Source of the DNA: Verrucomicrobiota bacterium
GTDB lineage: Bacteria; Verrucomicrobiota; Verrucomicrobiia; Limisphaerales; JAHDYP01
DNA: 64,000 nucleotides
Reading direction: 5' to 3'
NCBI GenBank assembly: GCA_046047235.1
Contig: JBJOII010000001.1
Span: 31,720 to 95,719 of the forward strand
The notes beneath the pieces are model-generated. The model had not been told where the DNA came from, made no database searches, and saw only the letters and a list, made by a program, of their open reading frames with translations. This document shows, piece by piece, positions 28,317 through 39,741 of the stretch. A program made the translations under genes and the position numbers. Position 1 is the first letter of the stretch. Each line of letters begins with the position of its first letter.

Positions 28317-30583
28317 ACCCGCAGCGTGCGGTCGATCTGAACGAGCGAAGGGACGGGGGCAGCGGCCTCGGGCTCGATGTAGGGCTTGCGAGCGAGGAGG
28401 GTGGGGCCATGTTCGCGCCACCAATTGGCCCGGCAGGATTCGTCCCACTGCCCGGCCTCGGGTGTGGCCAGCAGTGCCTGTTTGAGTTCGGCGACGGTGG
28501 CGGGACGTTCGTCGAGTTTCTTCTTCAGGCAGCGCAGGAGGATCGCTTCCATCTGCGGACTGACCTGCACGTTGGGGAGGGTGGATGGAGCGACTGGCGT
28601 CTCATTCAGGTGCTTCTCGGTAACTTCCTCGGGGGTGGCCCCTTCGAACACCGGATGCCCGACGAGCAGGTAGTAGCCAAGAGCGGCCAGCGAGTAGATA
28701 TCGCTGCGGGGATCGCTGCGTCCCGGCGTGCGAATGGACTCGGGCGACATGAAAAGCGGGGTGCCGACCGTGGTTTCATCGCCGGGCAGCGATTCTTCGC
28801 TGGAGTCATTTTCATCGCGCCGGTATTCCCGGACCAATCCGAAGTCGAGCACCTTGACAGCGTCGGGTCCCTGCCCGCGGTGTGTAAGGAAAACGTTGGC
28901 GGGCTTAATGTCACGGTGCACGAGTCCCCGTTCATGGGCTTCGTGGAGGGCATCGACAATGTGGAGCAGAATATACATGACGCGGGTGGCGGGCTGGGCT
29001 CCGTACATGACGACGAGGTCCTTGAGGTTCAGGCCCTGCAGCAGCTCCATGGCGTAGTAGAAGATGCCTTCGGGCGTATGGCCGTAGTCGTAGACCTGTA
29101 TTGTATTGGGGTGAGTGAGCTGGCAGGTGAGCCGGACTTCCCGTTCGAAGTGCCGGATGGACTCGGGGTCCGTGCGTTCGGGCAGCAGGAGTTTGATGGC
29201 GGTATCGCGACGCAGAAGTGCGTGTCGTGCGCGGTAGACGACGCCCATGCCGCCTTCGCCGATTTTCTCCTGTAGTTCGTATTGGCCGAGGCGGCGCGCT
29301 TTGAGTTCGGCTTCTGACAGGCGCCTTTTCCAGCCCGCACCGAGATAGGAGGCGAAGAAGAAGCCGTTGGCGCTGAGCACCAGGAGGAGGAAGAGCACGA
29401 GGAACAGCGTACGCAGGAGGCGCAGGGCCGAGAAAGCTTCCCGGGCATCCATTTGGGTTACGACACCGAAGTCTCGCCCGGGAAGCCATTGCCAGGCGGC
29501 CACCACCGGCACGCCACGATAATCGCGGGCTGGCGTGACCCGAACGTCGTCCCGCCCTGCGAGGGCTTCGAGGACAGAATGTGTGAGCGGACAATTGGTG
29601 GTGGCGGTCTGCATGACGAAGCCCCTCGACAGGTCACCACCCGGATCAACCAGTGGCAGGGTGAGCGCGGAAGTCACTTCGGAACGGTCCTCCAGGAGTC
29701 CGAATGCCTTTAGCTGGTCGTCGAACCGGCTGCGAGAGATCATGAGGCCGCTGGAGTCGAAAGCGTAGGTTTCACCGGTTTGGCCGAAGCGTGCGACCGA
29801 GAGAATCCGGCTAAATTCCTTTTCGGGATCGATGATGAGGGCGAGGGCACCGCGGATGACGCCATTGTCGTCGCGGATGGGCGCGGCCACCATCATGAGC
29901 ATGATATCACCGGATGGACGGAAGGCGGGGTTGGCTGGCCCGTCGCCGCCGGGGCCGGGGCCGCGGCGTCCTTCGAGCGGCCGGAATCTGGGGCCGTCTT
30001 CACTGCCGGGCTCACGCCCGGGGTCACGTCCGCCACCGAAGCCCGGGCGCATACGGTCGGGCATACGGGGTCGGAAAGGAGTGATCAGGAGGGGTTCACC
30101 GGTGGCGAAGAGGCCGGCAAATCGGCCCTGATGTTCTTCGGAGACAGGCATGCCCATGCGACCGCGACCGAACATGGACAGCACCTGCATATTGGTACCT
30201 ACGAGCAGGCCGACATGGCCGAGGGGTTTCAGTCGATCCTGCAGGTAGCGATCGACACCACTGGCTTCCGTCCATGGGGGCGGACCTCCAGCCTGTCTTC
30301 GGGGGCCTGGCATGGGCAGGGCGGCGGGATCTTCCGAGAATCTGGCGAGAGCGAGTTTACGGAGTTCGGGTTCACTGGAGAGGAGGCTGACGAGCTGGGT
30401 TTGGTTGGTGACCCAGATTTCGAGGGCGGTGACGTTGGCGTGCAGGGTGGTTTCGAGTTCGGCGCGCACGGTGGATTCGAGGGTGCGGCGCAGTCGCAGG
30501 TTGCCCCACCAGCCGAAAACGGCCACGAATGCGGCTGCCAGCAGGAGCAGCATCCACAGGTTGAGTCTTCGTCCGGAGTTCAT
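28301..30583 (-). CDS. Membrane Ser/Thr protein kinase with extracytoplasmic Cache-like sensor domain
   Basis: Two TM helices; IGEGGMGVVY, AIK, HRDIKPAN, DFG, GTPLFMSPE, SDIYS. Confidence 0.92.
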   Translation of the reverse strand: MNSGRRLNLWMLLLLAAAFVAVFGWWGNLRLRRTLESTVRAELETTLHANVTALEIWVTNQTQLVSLLSSEPELRKLALARFSEDPAALPMPGPRRQAGGPPPWTEASGVDRYLQDRLKPLGHVGLLVGTNMQVLSMFGRGRMGMPVSEEHQGRFAGLFATGEPLLITPFRPRMPDRMRPGFGGGRDPGREPGSEDGPRFRPLEGRRGPGPGGDGPANPAFRPSGDIMLMMVAAPIRDDNGVIRGALALIIDPEKEFSRILSVARFGQTGETYAFDSSGLMISRSRFDDQLKAFGLLEDRSEVTSALTLPLVDPGGDLSRGFVMQTATTNCPLTHSVLEALAGRDDVRVTPARDYRGVPVVAAWQWLPGRDFGVVTQMDAREAFSALRLLRTLFLVLFLLLVLSANGFFFASYLGAGWKRRLSEAELKARRLGQYELQEKIGEGGMGVVYRARHALLRRDTAIKLLLPERTDPESIRHFEREVRLTCQLTHPNTIQVYDYGHTPEGIFYYAMELLQGLNLKDLVVMYGAQPATRVMYILLHIVDALHEAHERGLVHRDIKPANVFLTHRGQGPDAVKVLDFGLVREYRRDENDSSEESLPGDETTVGTPLFMSPESIRTPGRSDPRSDIYSLAALGYYLLVGHPVFEGATPEEVTEKHLNETPVAPSTLPNVQVSPQMEAILLRCLKKKLDERPATVAELKQALLATPEAGQWDESCRANWWREHGPTLLARKPYIEPEAAAPVPSLVQIDRTLRVQKRA

Positions 30584-30780
30584 TCTTTGATTCACCTTCC
30601 AACCATCCCTATACCCCCATCCAGACTCGAATCAACAGGCGGAGGTTACAAATTCCTTCCGTCGAGCCGGGCCGGTACTGGTTGAGACGGGCTGCCGGTG
30701 GAGGGTAGACCATGATTGTCGGGGGGGCGAGGGACGTGTAAAAGGCGTGCGTTTGGGGGCGAGGCCCCTAGACTGGGGCT

Positions 30781-31734
30781 GTGAAATCCATTCCGTTGGT
30801 GGAGCGCTTTACTGTGTGGCTGGTGATTCTTGGGTTGGCGGGCTTAACTCCGGCCGGCTTGGGCCAAACGCCACCGGGAGAGTTTCCGAACATGGCTGAG
30901 CAATCGGTTCTACCGCAGGGTGATGGGCTTGCGGCCGCTTACCCGGGTGATCGGGGGATTCGGGACGATGAGGGTGTGCTCTTTGCGGACGACTTTGAGG
31001 CGGGTGATTTCCGGGAGCGTTGGGATTCCGTGCGGGATGATGACCGTGCGGTGCTTTCGCTGGTGGAGCCGGGAGAGTCGGGCGGGAAGCTGGGGAAGCG
31101 GGCACTCCGGGTTACCGCGACCTTGGGAAAGAACACCGGAGGGGGACTGACGCAGTGGTTTGAGTCGGCAGACAGCGTATTCATCCGCTTTTACGTCCGG
31201 TTTGATACCAGGTGCGACTACATCCATCACTTTGTGACCTTGAGGGCGAATCGAGGTTTACAGGGTGGGGATCGATGGAGTGGGTTTGGAGGCGCGGGGG
31301 AACGTCCGGACGGTGACGCACGCTTTTCGACGGCGCTTGAGCCCTGGGGAAACTGGGGTCGCTGGGCGGCTCCGGGGCGGTGGAACTTTTACAGTTACTG
31401 GCATGAGATGCAGGCGAGCGGGGATGGGAAATACTGGGGAAATGGATTCCGGCCGGAAGTTCAGGACGACATTCCGAAGGGGCGATGGATTTGTTGTGAG
31501 TTCATGTTGCGGCACAACACTCCGGGGAAGGCGGATGGCGAGCAGGCCTACTGGATTGATGGCCGGCTTCAGGGCCATTGGAAGGGCATTAACTGGAGGA
31601 CTACTGAACGGTTGCAAGCGAATGCCTTGACCCTGGAGAGCTACGTGACCGATCGCTGGACCAAGCAAGCGACGAACATTGTGGATTTCGACAACCTGGT
31701 GATTGCGCGGCAATACATCGGGCCGTGCCGATAG
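30781..31734 (+). CDS. Exported Trp-rich jelly-roll protein (polysaccharide lyase-like)
   Basis: Signal peptide; LFADDFE, FIRFYVRF, GRWICCEFML..NTPG..DG...WIDG, FDNLVIA. Confidence 0.6.
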   Translation: MKSIPLVERFTVWLVILGLAGLTPAGLGQTPPGEFPNMAEQSVLPQGDGLAAAYPGDRGIRDDEGVLFADDFEAGDFRERWDSVRDDDRAVLSLVEPGESGGKLGKRALRVTATLGKNTGGGLTQWFESADSVFIRFYVRFDTRCDYIHHFVTLRANRGLQGGDRWSGFGGAGERPDGDARFSTALEPWGNWGRWAAPGRWNFYSYWHEMQASGDGKYWGNGFRPEVQDDIPKGRWICCEFMLRHNTPGKADGEQAYWIDGRLQGHWKGINWRTTERLQANALTLESYVTDRWTKQATNIVDFDNLVIARQYIGPCR

Positions 31735-31812
31735 GATGGTCCGTCAGCGGGCTGATGCCGGTTATCCAGCTTACGGGAGCACGATTTACGGGGGGCCGAA
31801 GCTATGCGTGAA

Positions 31813-32106
31813 TTATCCCAGAAGCTTCTTGAGGGCATCGCGAGCGGCTTGTTCCCGTTGGTTTTCCTCGCTGGGCTGGGTGAACTCACGTTTGGCGAAC
31901 TCGAAATATTCGCAGTAGGTGGCAGCGGCTTTGTCCTCAACGGGGTCTGCGCGACGATCGCGGCAGTGGTAGGCGACTGTGGTATCGTAGCTGAAGCAGT
32001 TTCGGCACACGCGCAGGTCGGTCTGGCATTGATCGCAAGTTTCACTGCGGCCCGGAGTTCTGTTGTGCTCGAATACACAGCCGCATTTCCAGCAATGGCG
32101 CGTCAT
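31813..32106 (-). CDS. Small Cys-rich (probable zinc-binding) conserved hypothetical protein
   Basis: CWKC, CDQC, CRNC plus further Cys; helical tail AARDALKKLLG. Confidence 0.75.
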   Translation of the reverse strand: MTRHCWKCGCVFEHNRTPGRSETCDQCQTDLRVCRNCFSYDTTVAYHCRDRRADPVEDKAAATYCEYFEFAKREFTQPSEENQREQAARDALKKLLG

Positions 32107-32186
32107 GGGCGGCAGTCTAGCAGAACGGACAAGCAGAGGAACCTTTTTGCGTGCGCTGGAGCCAGCGACGCCTAACATCGGTCGCG

Positions 32187-33092
32187 ATGTCCGATGTTTT
32201 CCAGCAGGCACTTGATTCGACGCTGCTTTATCTGGGTCAGCTACGTGAGCGCGGGGTGCGCCATGTGGCGGTATCTCCCGAGACACTGACGGCACTGGCG
32301 GCGGAGCCCAATCGCGCCATGACTGCGCGCAAGCCGGCCGCTTCGGCCAAGACCGCGCCAGCGGCTGGCCGGCGTAAAGCACCGCCAGTTCCTGCTCCTG
32401 CTGCTGCCCCTTCGGCGCCGGCTGCAGCATCGCCGGCCAAGCACTCCCCTGCCCCATCTGCTGGAGGAGGGGACAAGGAATCGGCCATGGCGGCTTTGCG
32501 GGAGCGCGTCCTGAAGTGTCAACTTTGCCCTCATTTGGCGTCATCGCGAACCCAGGTTGTGTTTGGGGTGGGGACGATCCACACCGACGTGATGTTTGTA
32601 GGGGAGGCGCCGGGGGCGGATGAGGACCGGCAGGGTGAGCCGTTTGTGGGGCGTGCGGGGCAGTTGTTGACGCGGATTATTGAGACGATGGGGCTTTCGC
32701 GAGAGACGGTGTTTATCGGGAATGTGTTGAAGTGCCGGCCTGACACGCCGGGACAGACCAGCGGCAATCGGAAGCCAAAGCCTGAGGAGATGGAGGTCTG
32801 TCTGCCTTATTTGCGTGAGCAGATTGAGATCATCCAGCCGAAGGTTCTCGTGGCGCTGGGGGTCACTGCGATGGAGGGTTTGTTTGGACGGACCCTGCAG
32901 ATCACCAAGGCACGGGGCAACTGGCAGGAGTTCCAGGGCATACCAGTGATGCCAACGTATCATCCGGCCTATTTGCTGCGGAACCAGTCGCTCAGCGAGA
33001 AGCGGAAGGTCTGGGAGGATATGCTGAAAGTGATGGAGCGGGTGGGGATGCCGATCAGCGAGAAGCAGCGGAACTATTTCCTGACGAAGTAA
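32187..33092 (+). CDS. udg: Uracil-DNA glycosylase family 4 (Fe-S)
   Basis: [41 protein letters not shown]; Ala/Pro linker after an N-terminal extension. Confidence 0.92.
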   Translation: MSDVFQQALDSTLLYLGQLRERGVRHVAVSPETLTALAAEPNRAMTARKPAASAKTAPAAGRRKAPPVPAPAAAPSAPAAASPAKHSPAPSAGGGDKESAMAALRERVLKCQLCPHLASSRTQVVFGVGTIHTDVMFVGEAPGADEDRQGEPFVGRAGQLLTRIIETMGLSRETVFIGNVLKCRPDTPGQTSGNRKPKPEEMEVCLPYLREQIEIIQPKVLVALGVTAMEGLFGRTLQITKARGNWQEFQGIPVMPTYHPAYLLRNQSLSEKRKVWEDMLKVMERVGMPISEKQRNYFLTK

Positions 33093-33110
33093 GTCCGGCG
33101 GCGACGGTGT

Positions 33111-34073
33111 TCAAGGTCGAGGGTGGAACTTCTGGTGGGCGTCCTGCAGCCGGTCACCGGCCACGTGGGTATACACTTCGGTGGTGGCGATGCTGCTGTG
33201 GCCGAGCATTTCCTGAATGACGCGAAGGTCCGCACCATGTTCGAGGAGGTGGGTAGCGAAGCTGTGCCTGAGCATGTGGGGAGTGACGTTGCGTTCGATA
33301 CCGGCGAGGCGTGCTCGACGTTTGATGCGGAGCCAGAGCGTAACCGAGGCAAAGCGGGTGCCGCGCAGTGTGAGGAAAACATTTCCCGGCGACTTGCGTT
33401 GGACCAACTGGGGGCGGGCGACATCCAGGTAACGTTGCAATACTTCGATGGCTTGCCTGCCCATGGGAACGACGCGTTCCTTGTCGCCTTTTCCGATGAC
33501 CGTGACGAAGCCGGCATCGAGGTGAAGCTGTTCAATCCGGAGGTCACAGAGTTCCTGCAAACGGAGGCCCGAGGCGTAGGCCAACTCGAGGATGGCCTGA
33601 TCGCAGAGGGATGCGGGAGTTTCGGGAGTTAGCGGCTGGAGCAGCCGCAGAACTTCCTGGAGGGTCAGCGCTTTGGGCAGACGTTTCCAGCGTCGGGGCA
33701 GGCTCAGCTGTTCTGCCGGGTTTTCGCGCACGTGGCCTTCCCGCTGGGCGTAGCGGAAAAAGGCACGGATGGCCGCGATCCCCAGATAGAGGCTCTCGTT
33801 GCTCAGGCGATTTGCGGGCTTTCCCTTGGCGGATTCGGCATCGGGCTTCTTGTCTCTCGGGGGACGCCCCCGGCCTCCCTGCTTGCGATCCCGCTCATGT
33901 TGCAGGAAAGCCATGAGCTTCTCACTGTCGACACCAGACCAGCTGGTGATGCCACATTGACCGCCCCACGAAGCGAACCGATTCAGCTGGACGGCGTATG
34001 TTTTGACCGTGTTCTCCGACAACCCGCGTTCCAGGCGCAGGTGTTGCAGAAAATCCTCGATCAACTCGTCCAT
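33111..34073 (-). CDS. xerD: Tyrosine recombinase XerD
   Basis: [64 protein letters not shown]. Confidence 0.85.
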   Translation of the reverse strand: MDELIEDFLQHLRLERGLSENTVKTYAVQLNRFASWGGQCGITSWSGVDSEKLMAFLQHERDRKQGGRGRPPRDKKPDAESAKGKPANRLSNESLYLGIAAIRAFFRYAQREGHVRENPAEQLSLPRRWKRLPKALTLQEVLRLLQPLTPETPASLCDQAILELAYASGLRLQELCDLRIEQLHLDAGFVTVIGKGDKERVVPMGRQAIEVLQRYLDVARPQLVQRKSPGNVFLTLRGTRFASVTLWLRIKRRARLAGIERNVTPHMLRHSFATHLLEHGADLRVIQEMLGHSSIATTEVYTHVAGDRLQDAHQKFHPRP

Positions 34074-34194
34074 CCCGGACACCACGCCAGCGGTTCCATG
34101 GGTTGTCAACGGAATTACCCCCGGACCGTGTCTTGCGTTGGGCGGTGTAGTCTGCATGATCACGCGTCGAACGTTTTTTTGCATAGAGCCGAGG

Positions 34195-35226
34195 ATGAAA
34201 CCCACACCCTACACAGCGTTGCTGCACGAGCTGCAGCAGGAACCCCGCAGATGGCTTGTTACCGGAGCTGCCGGCTTTATTGGCTCAAACATCGTGGAAA
34301 CGCTGCTGCGCCTGGGCCAAAAGGTAGTCGGGCTGGACAACTTTGCTACGGGCCATGCGGCGAACCTGGAGGATGTCCGGCATCTGCTTCCCGGCCCTTA
34401 CCGGAAGAACTTCCGCTTTATCGAGGGGGACATCCTGGATGGGAAGGCTTGTCGCAAAGCCTGTGCAAAAGTGGACTACGTGTTGCATCAGGCTGCGCTG
34501 GGATCCGTGCCAAGGTCCATCGAGCAGCCTTTGGCGAGCCACGACAGCAACGTCACCGGATTCATCACGATTTTGTCAGCAGCGCGCGATGCGGGGGTGC
34601 GCCGCTTTGTGTATGCGTCGAGCAGTTCGGTCTACGGAGACCATCCCGGCCTGCCCAAGCAGGAAGCGACCCTTGGCAATTTGCTGTCGCCGTATGCGGC
34701 CACGAAGTTCATCAACGAGGTGTATGCCTCGGTCTTTGCGACGTGCTACGGCATGGAGACCATCGGGCTGAGATATTTCAACGTGTTCGGACCGAGGCAG
34801 GACCCTGAAGGGGCCTATGCTGCGGTGATTCCCAAGTGGGTGGCATCACTGTTGCGTGGCGATGACGTGTTCATCAACGGCGACGGCGAGACGAGCCGGG
34901 ACTTCTGCTATGTGGCGAATGCGGTTCAGGCGAACCTGCTCGCGGCGACGACTTGCCGTCGGGGTGCCGCCAACCAGGTTTACAACGTCGCCTTGAACGA
35001 GCGCACAACGCTCAAGCATCTGTATCAACTGATCCGGGACGGCTTGGCTGCGCGGCATCCGCAGGTCGCGGATGCGAAACCGGTCTATCGCGAGTTTCGC
35101 AAAGGTGATGTGCGGCATTCGCAGGCGGACATCAGCAAGGCAAGGCGACTGCTCGGGTTCCGGCCGACGCACCGTTTGGCGGATGGACTCAACGAGGCAT
35201 TGAGCTGGTATGAATCACAGTGCTGA
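34195..35226 (+). CDS. UDP-GlcNAc(A) 4-epimerase, WbpP/TviC-like extended SDR
   Basis: [51 protein letters not shown]. Confidence 0.9.
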   Translation: MKPTPYTALLHELQQEPRRWLVTGAAGFIGSNIVETLLRLGQKVVGLDNFATGHAANLEDVRHLLPGPYRKNFRFIEGDILDGKACRKACAKVDYVLHQAALGSVPRSIEQPLASHDSNVTGFITILSAARDAGVRRFVYASSSSVYGDHPGLPKQEATLGNLLSPYAATKFINEVYASVFATCYGMETIGLRYFNVFGPRQDPEGAYAAVIPKWVASLLRGDDVFINGDGETSRDFCYVANAVQANLLAATTCRRGAANQVYNVALNERTTLKHLYQLIRDGLAARHPQVADAKPVYREFRKGDVRHSQADISKARRLLGFRPTHRLADGLNEALSWYESQC

Positions 35227-35827
35227 CAAAGACGCTGCGGCGGCAGCGGCCCTTGGGGGGCATTACTGGGAGGACTGTTACCAACGTGGTGACATGCGCT
35301 GGGACAAGGGGGCACCCTCGCCGGGGCTGGTGGACTTTCTTGCGGCGCATCCGGATCTTCCACGCGGCACGGTCTGCTCACCGGGATGCGGCACCGGGCA
35401 TGACGTGCGAGCCTGGGCCCAGGCAGGGTTCCGGGTGACGGGTGTCGACATCGCACCTTCGGCAGTGCGGCTGGCTGCGGAGCGGACGCCGGTCAATCTG
35501 GCGGGGGTGGACTTTGTGCAGCGGGATTTTCTGCGGGACACGCCTGAGGAGCCCTTTGACTGGATGTGGGAGCACACGCTGTTTTGTGCCATCCACCCTT
35601 CCCTGCGCGAAGCCTATGTGGATGCGGTGCCGCGCTGGGTTAAGCCAGGCGGGCACTTCCTTGCTGTGCATTACCTGATCCCGGACGAGGACGGTCCACC
35701 GTTCGGGACGACAATGGAGGAGTTGCTGCGTCGCTTCTCGCCGCGTCTGGAACTACTGGATTCCTGGGTCCCACGGTCCTACCCCAACCGCACCGGGCTG
35801 GAGCTCATGCTGTGGTGGAGAGTCTGA
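35210..35827 (+). CDS. Thiopurine S-methyltransferase family SAM-dependent methyltransferase
   Basis: W...Y....[26 protein letters not shown]. Confidence 0.85.
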   Translation: MNHSADKDAAAAAALGGHYWEDCYQRGDMRWDKGAPSPGLVDFLAAHPDLPRGTVCSPGCGTGHDVRAWAQAGFRVTGVDIAPSAVRLAAERTPVNLAGVDFVQRDFLRDTPEEPFDWMWEHTLFCAIHPSLREAYVDAVPRWVKPGGHFLAVHYLIPDEDGPPFGTTMEELLRRFSPRLELLDSWVPRSYPNRTGLELMLWWRV

Positions 35828-35852
35828 CTGACTGATCACTGCACACTGGCAG

Positions 35853-38800
35853 CTAGCTGCTTGCGGGGGCAGGAGGCGGGGGCGGCGTGGCACCGTCCGT
35901 TTGAGACGCGGTAACCCAGGGCATGCCCGGCGGGAGACTCCGGATGTGGAGGTCACGTTGCGGGAAGGCAATCTCGATACCGGCCTCGTTGAACTTGCGA
36001 TTGATGGCGGAGAGGAGCGAGTGCCGCGTAGCAAGCCGTTGATCGAAGCTGCCCAAAAAGCAGCGCAACGTCATGTTCAGCGTGCTGTCACCGAACCCCT
36101 CGAAGTAGGCCATCGGCGGTGGCTCAGTGATGACCTGCGGATTCTCGCGTGCCGCCTCCAGCAACAAGTCGCGGGCCTTCTCGACGTCGGAGCCGTAGGC
36201 AACTCCGACCTCGATGACGACGCGGTTCACCGAATTGGACAGTGTCCAGTTGAGCACGCGCCCCGTGATGAACTCCTTGTTGGGTACGATGAATTCCTTG
36301 TGGTCCCAGTCGGTGATCGTCGTTGCGCGAATCTGGATTCTGGACACCACCCCGGTGATATCGGAGACCGTGACGATATCCCCGACGCGGATGGGTCGTT
36401 CCAGGAAGAGCAGCAGGCCGCAGACAAAGTTGGCGACGACCTCCTGAAGGCCAAAGCCCAGGCCGACGCTGAGAGCTGCGGCAATCCAGCTAAGCTGGGA
36501 CCAGTTCATCCCCAGCCGGTTGAAGGCGATGAACGTTCCCAGGGCAGCGAGCACGTACTGGCTCATCGCACTAATGGCGTAGCGACTACCGGGGTTGAGC
36601 GGGAGGTTTTGCAGGATCGCGATCTCCAGAAGTCCGGGCAGGTTGCGACAGGCGGCGATCGTGACGACAACCACGAGCAGGCTGGAGACCAGATTGGCGA
36701 GCGTGATGTCTTTGAGCTGGCTCACCCCCTCCACCATGGTGTTCACCGTCCAGAGCGTGTAGTGGTTCAGGTAATTGAGCGCCGGAAATTCGGCCGACCA
36801 GATCAACCACAAACCCACCACCAGGGCAAAACCCAGCATCGTCCGCAACAGGCGCCGGGTTTGCGTTTTCACTGTGGAGAGCTTCATCTCAGGCTCTTCA
36901 GCCAGAGCCTTGAGCATGGATTCGTCGCCATCGGTTTCTTTGCGTGACGCACGTCGTTCCCGGATTTGGGCCAGCGCCAGGGATCGCTCCCGGACATAAA
37001 GCCAACGGGCGGCAAGGTGGTGAGTGAGGACGACCGCCATCAGGTAAACCATGCTGTAGAGCAGGCGCAGTTCAAGTCGCAGGGCCGTGTAGAAGTAGCC
37101 TGCTGCTGCGAGCCCGAGGAGGATCAGCGGCCCCACCACAACAAGGGCATACCAGAGCCGGCCCAACCGGGCGGCCCATCCAGTCGGGTTGCGTCGGAGC
37201 AGCTCGGCAAACACACCGTCAGTCGGCCGGAAGAGCCGCTTGGCCAGCATGGCCAGGGCGATCATGACAACGAAGAACCCGATCCTGCCAAGGCTATCGA
37301 TAACCTGACGGTTCTTTTGCCAGACCGTGGCCGCGACGACAAAGTTGGTTCCAGCGATCACCGGGAGAAAGCGGATGAGATGTCGACGGAGCAAGATAAT
37401 CGTTGGCTTTTCCCAACGGAAGTGGACCTCGGCGATGCCTTTCGGACTGCAGAGTTCGATCAGGGGGAGAAAGACGAGAAGGTGGATTCCGAGATACCAC
37501 AAGGCCCTGCCCATGGATTCCACAAATTCGCTGGCGCCTTCCACGCGGGCCAGTTCACTGCCAAACCAGATCGGCAACGCCACGAACGGGAAAACCCTCG
37601 CAAACAGGATGACCATGGCCCGCAGCGTCAGCTGAAAGTCGTCCTCCTCGATGCGCCGGACCTTTTCCGCGATGGCGGCGAGCCTGGAAGTCAAAGTCTT
37701 TCTCCCGGCGAGGGCGATGATCGTGAGCAGGCAGAGTATACCGCACAACCATGAGGACTTCCGGGCCACCATCTTCGACGACGCCCACAACTGCGACAAC
37801 TGGCCGGGATGAACCAGCCAGGCCACCGAAGGTCCCAGCTGCCGCAGCGTGTCCAACCCCAAAGGCGAAGCGCTCGGCGTCCACATCAGGACCTCCGCAA
37901 GGAACTTCCGGTAAGCCTCCACGAGATCGATGTAGTCGGACTGGGCATTGTCCAAACGCCGCAAGGCCTGCATCAGCTCGTCGTACTGGGTTCGCAATTT
38001 CCCCAGCAGCTCGCGTCGGGACTGCAGCATTTCCTCGACGTTCTTCTGGAGAACCTCGGCTTCTGCCGGGGACAGGCTGGCCTCAACCTTGTTGGTATCA
38101 GCCAGGATCGATCTGGCTGCTCGGTTGACGAGGAGCAGTGACTGGATGGAGGAATCAACCAGGACACGCTGCAGCCCATTGGTTGAGATGATGCTCCGGG
38201 TTTCGTCCAGTTCGTCCTGCAGGACGCGGACCTCGGGCAACTGCCGTCGTTCGTTTAGGAGAATGGAGGCGAGCGCTTCGCTCAGCCCTGCAGCTTCGAT
38301 TTGTCGGAAGGCGTTAGTGTAGGCGAAGGTGATGGACTGCTGGCGTTCCTCGGCGATCTTGAGCCGGACGCTGATATTGGTGTTCAGAGCAGTGACTTCG
38401 GCGAGCCGGGCGGCATACACGGCATTTGTGGCGGCAAGTTCCTGGAGGATTGGATGCTTGTCTTGCGCTTCCCGCTGGGCCTTGGCGGCGTTCATTTCAG
38501 CAACCTTGGCTTCATCAGCGGTTTTTTGGTTCACCAGCTTCTCCAGTGTGGCGACTTCCACATCGGCTGCAGCGACTGCCTGTGCGGCGACCTGCCGCTG
38601 GACGCCGAGCAATTCCAGCAGCATGGGCTGGCTGAGGTTTTCCTGTTCGAGCATGGCCAGCGTTTCCTGGGCCGCGAGGCGCTGGGCGGCGGCCAGCAGC
38701 TGGCGCGAACGAAAGCTGGCCTGACTTTCCCCTTCCAGCGGGGAAAGCTTCAGCTCGGATTCCGCCTTCTTTAGACGTTCCTGTTCGGCATCCTTTTCCG

Positions 38801-39365
38801 CGGGCGTGCTGGCGGGACGCTTCTGTCGATCGGCAAGGCTCTGTTCGACTTTCGCGAGATTCCCCTTGGCCGTTGCGGCCGCGGCCTTGGACTGCGTCAG
38901 GGCTTGTTTGAGCTCCGGGAGACTGGAATTTGTGGTGAGTCCTTCCGGTAATTTTTGCTCGGGGAGACCCGAGTCTTCCGTCCGCTTCACCTGCTCACGC
39001 AAAGCCTGGGTCTGACCGGGAGATTCGATGATGGCCTTCTCGAAAGCAGCTGCTTTCCGTCGACTTTGATCTGCGACATCCAGTTGCTTGAGTGCGGCTT
39101 CGTAGCGGCTGGCGAGGTCCTTGCGGGTTTGCTCTTCCAGGTCCTTGTTGGCCTGAATCTCAGCCAGCAGGGCGTTGACTCCCTCCACAGTGGGGTTTTC
39201 CACCCGAATATCCCCCACTGCTGCTGCAGCCAGCGGAGCGTTGGTGGCTGGAAAGGCGTCAGGCTGGCTCGTGGTTGCCGGTGCCGACAAGCTGGCCAGG
39301 CTGCAGACCACCTGGAATAGCAGGAAGAGCAAGGTTGGCTGCATGTGCTTGTTTAGTCTCATCAT
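35853..39365 (-). CDS. mscK: MscK/KefA-type mechanosensitive channel
   Basis: Signal peptide, long coiled-coil periplasmic region, multiple TMs, AALSVGLGFGLQEVVANF, PIRVGD, IVPNKEF, IAFPQRD. Confidence 0.88.
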   Translation of the reverse strand: MMRLNKHMQPTLLFLLFQVVCSLASLSAPATTSQPDAFPATNAPLAAAAVGDIRVENPTVEGVNALLAEIQANKDLEEQTRKDLASRYEAALKQLDVADQSRRKAAAFEKAIIESPGQTQALREQVKRTEDSGLPEQKLPEGLTTNSSLPELKQALTQSKAAAATAKGNLAKVEQSLADRQKRPASTPAEKDAEQERLKKAESELKLSPLEGESQASFRSRQLLAAAQRLAAQETLAMLEQENLSQPMLLELLGVQRQVAAQAVAAADVEVATLEKLVNQKTADEAKVAEMNAAKAQREAQDKHPILQELAATNAVYAARLAEVTALNTNISVRLKIAEERQQSITFAYTNAFRQIEAAGLSEALASILLNERRQLPEVRVLQDELDETRSIISTNGLQRVLVDSSIQSLLLVNRAARSILADTNKVEASLSPAEAEVLQKNVEEMLQSRRELLGKLRTQYDELMQALRRLDNAQSDYIDLVEAYRKFLAEVLMWTPSASPLGLDTLRQLGPSVAWLVHPGQLSQLWASSKMVARKSSWLCGILCLLTIIALAGRKTLTSRLAAIAEKVRRIEEDDFQLTLRAMVILFARVFPFVALPIWFGSELARVEGASEFVESMGRALWYLGIHLLVFLPLIELCSPKGIAEVHFRWEKPTIILLRRHLIRFLPVIAGTNFVVAATVWQKNRQVIDSLGRIGFFVVMIALAMLAKRLFRPTDGVFAELLRRNPTGWAARLGRLWYALVVVGPLILLGLAAAGYFYTALRLELRLLYSMVYLMAVVLTHHLAARWLYVRERSLALAQIRERRASRKETDGDESMLKALAEEPEMKLSTVKTQTRRLLRTMLGFALVVGLWLIWSAEFPALNYLNHYTLWTVNTMVEGVSQLKDITLANLVSSLLVVVVTIAACRNLPGLLEIAILQNLPLNPGSRYAISAMSQYVLAALGTFIAFNRLGMNWSQLSWIAAALSVGLGFGLQEVVANFVCGLLLFLERPIRVGDIVTVSDITGVVSRIQIRATTITDWDHKEFIVPNKEFITGRVLNWTLSNSVNRVVIEVGVAYGSDVEKARDLLLEAARENPQVITEPPPMAYFEGFGDSTLNMTLRCFLGSFDQRLATRHSLLSAINRKFNEAGIEIAFPQRDLHIRSLPPGMPWVTASQTDGATPPPPPAPASS

Positions 39366-39741
39366 TGGGGATACCGCCCGCCGTGCTGGGGACCGATGCC
39401 GCAGCCCCCGGCCGGCTGGCTTCCGAGGAGCTTTCCGAAGGGGATCACTACCATGATGGCATCCGATTCGCCAGCGTGATTCCCCCGGATTCCCGTGGTT
39501 AAGGGTTGCCTTTTCCGTCGATTTCACCATGGTGAACAATGTCTTCGCGGTCTTAGGCACCGTTTCGCGGGGCGAAGACCTCCCCTGTGAGCCATCCGGT
39601 AGTTCGTCCGAAGGTCGAATTCACGCTGTTGAAAAGCAGAAGGGTTCTTCGGTCCCCGGAGGTGGCTTGAACAGGAACGAAGTTCTCCCTGCGGGCCAAT
39701 GGGCCGCGTCAATCAACACCATTATTGTCGGTCATTAGTGA

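Noticed and set aside
33111-34073. Tyrosine recombinase as prophage or island integrase
   Set aside because: Motifs and length fit housekeeping XerD; no phage genes or att-like repeats nearby.
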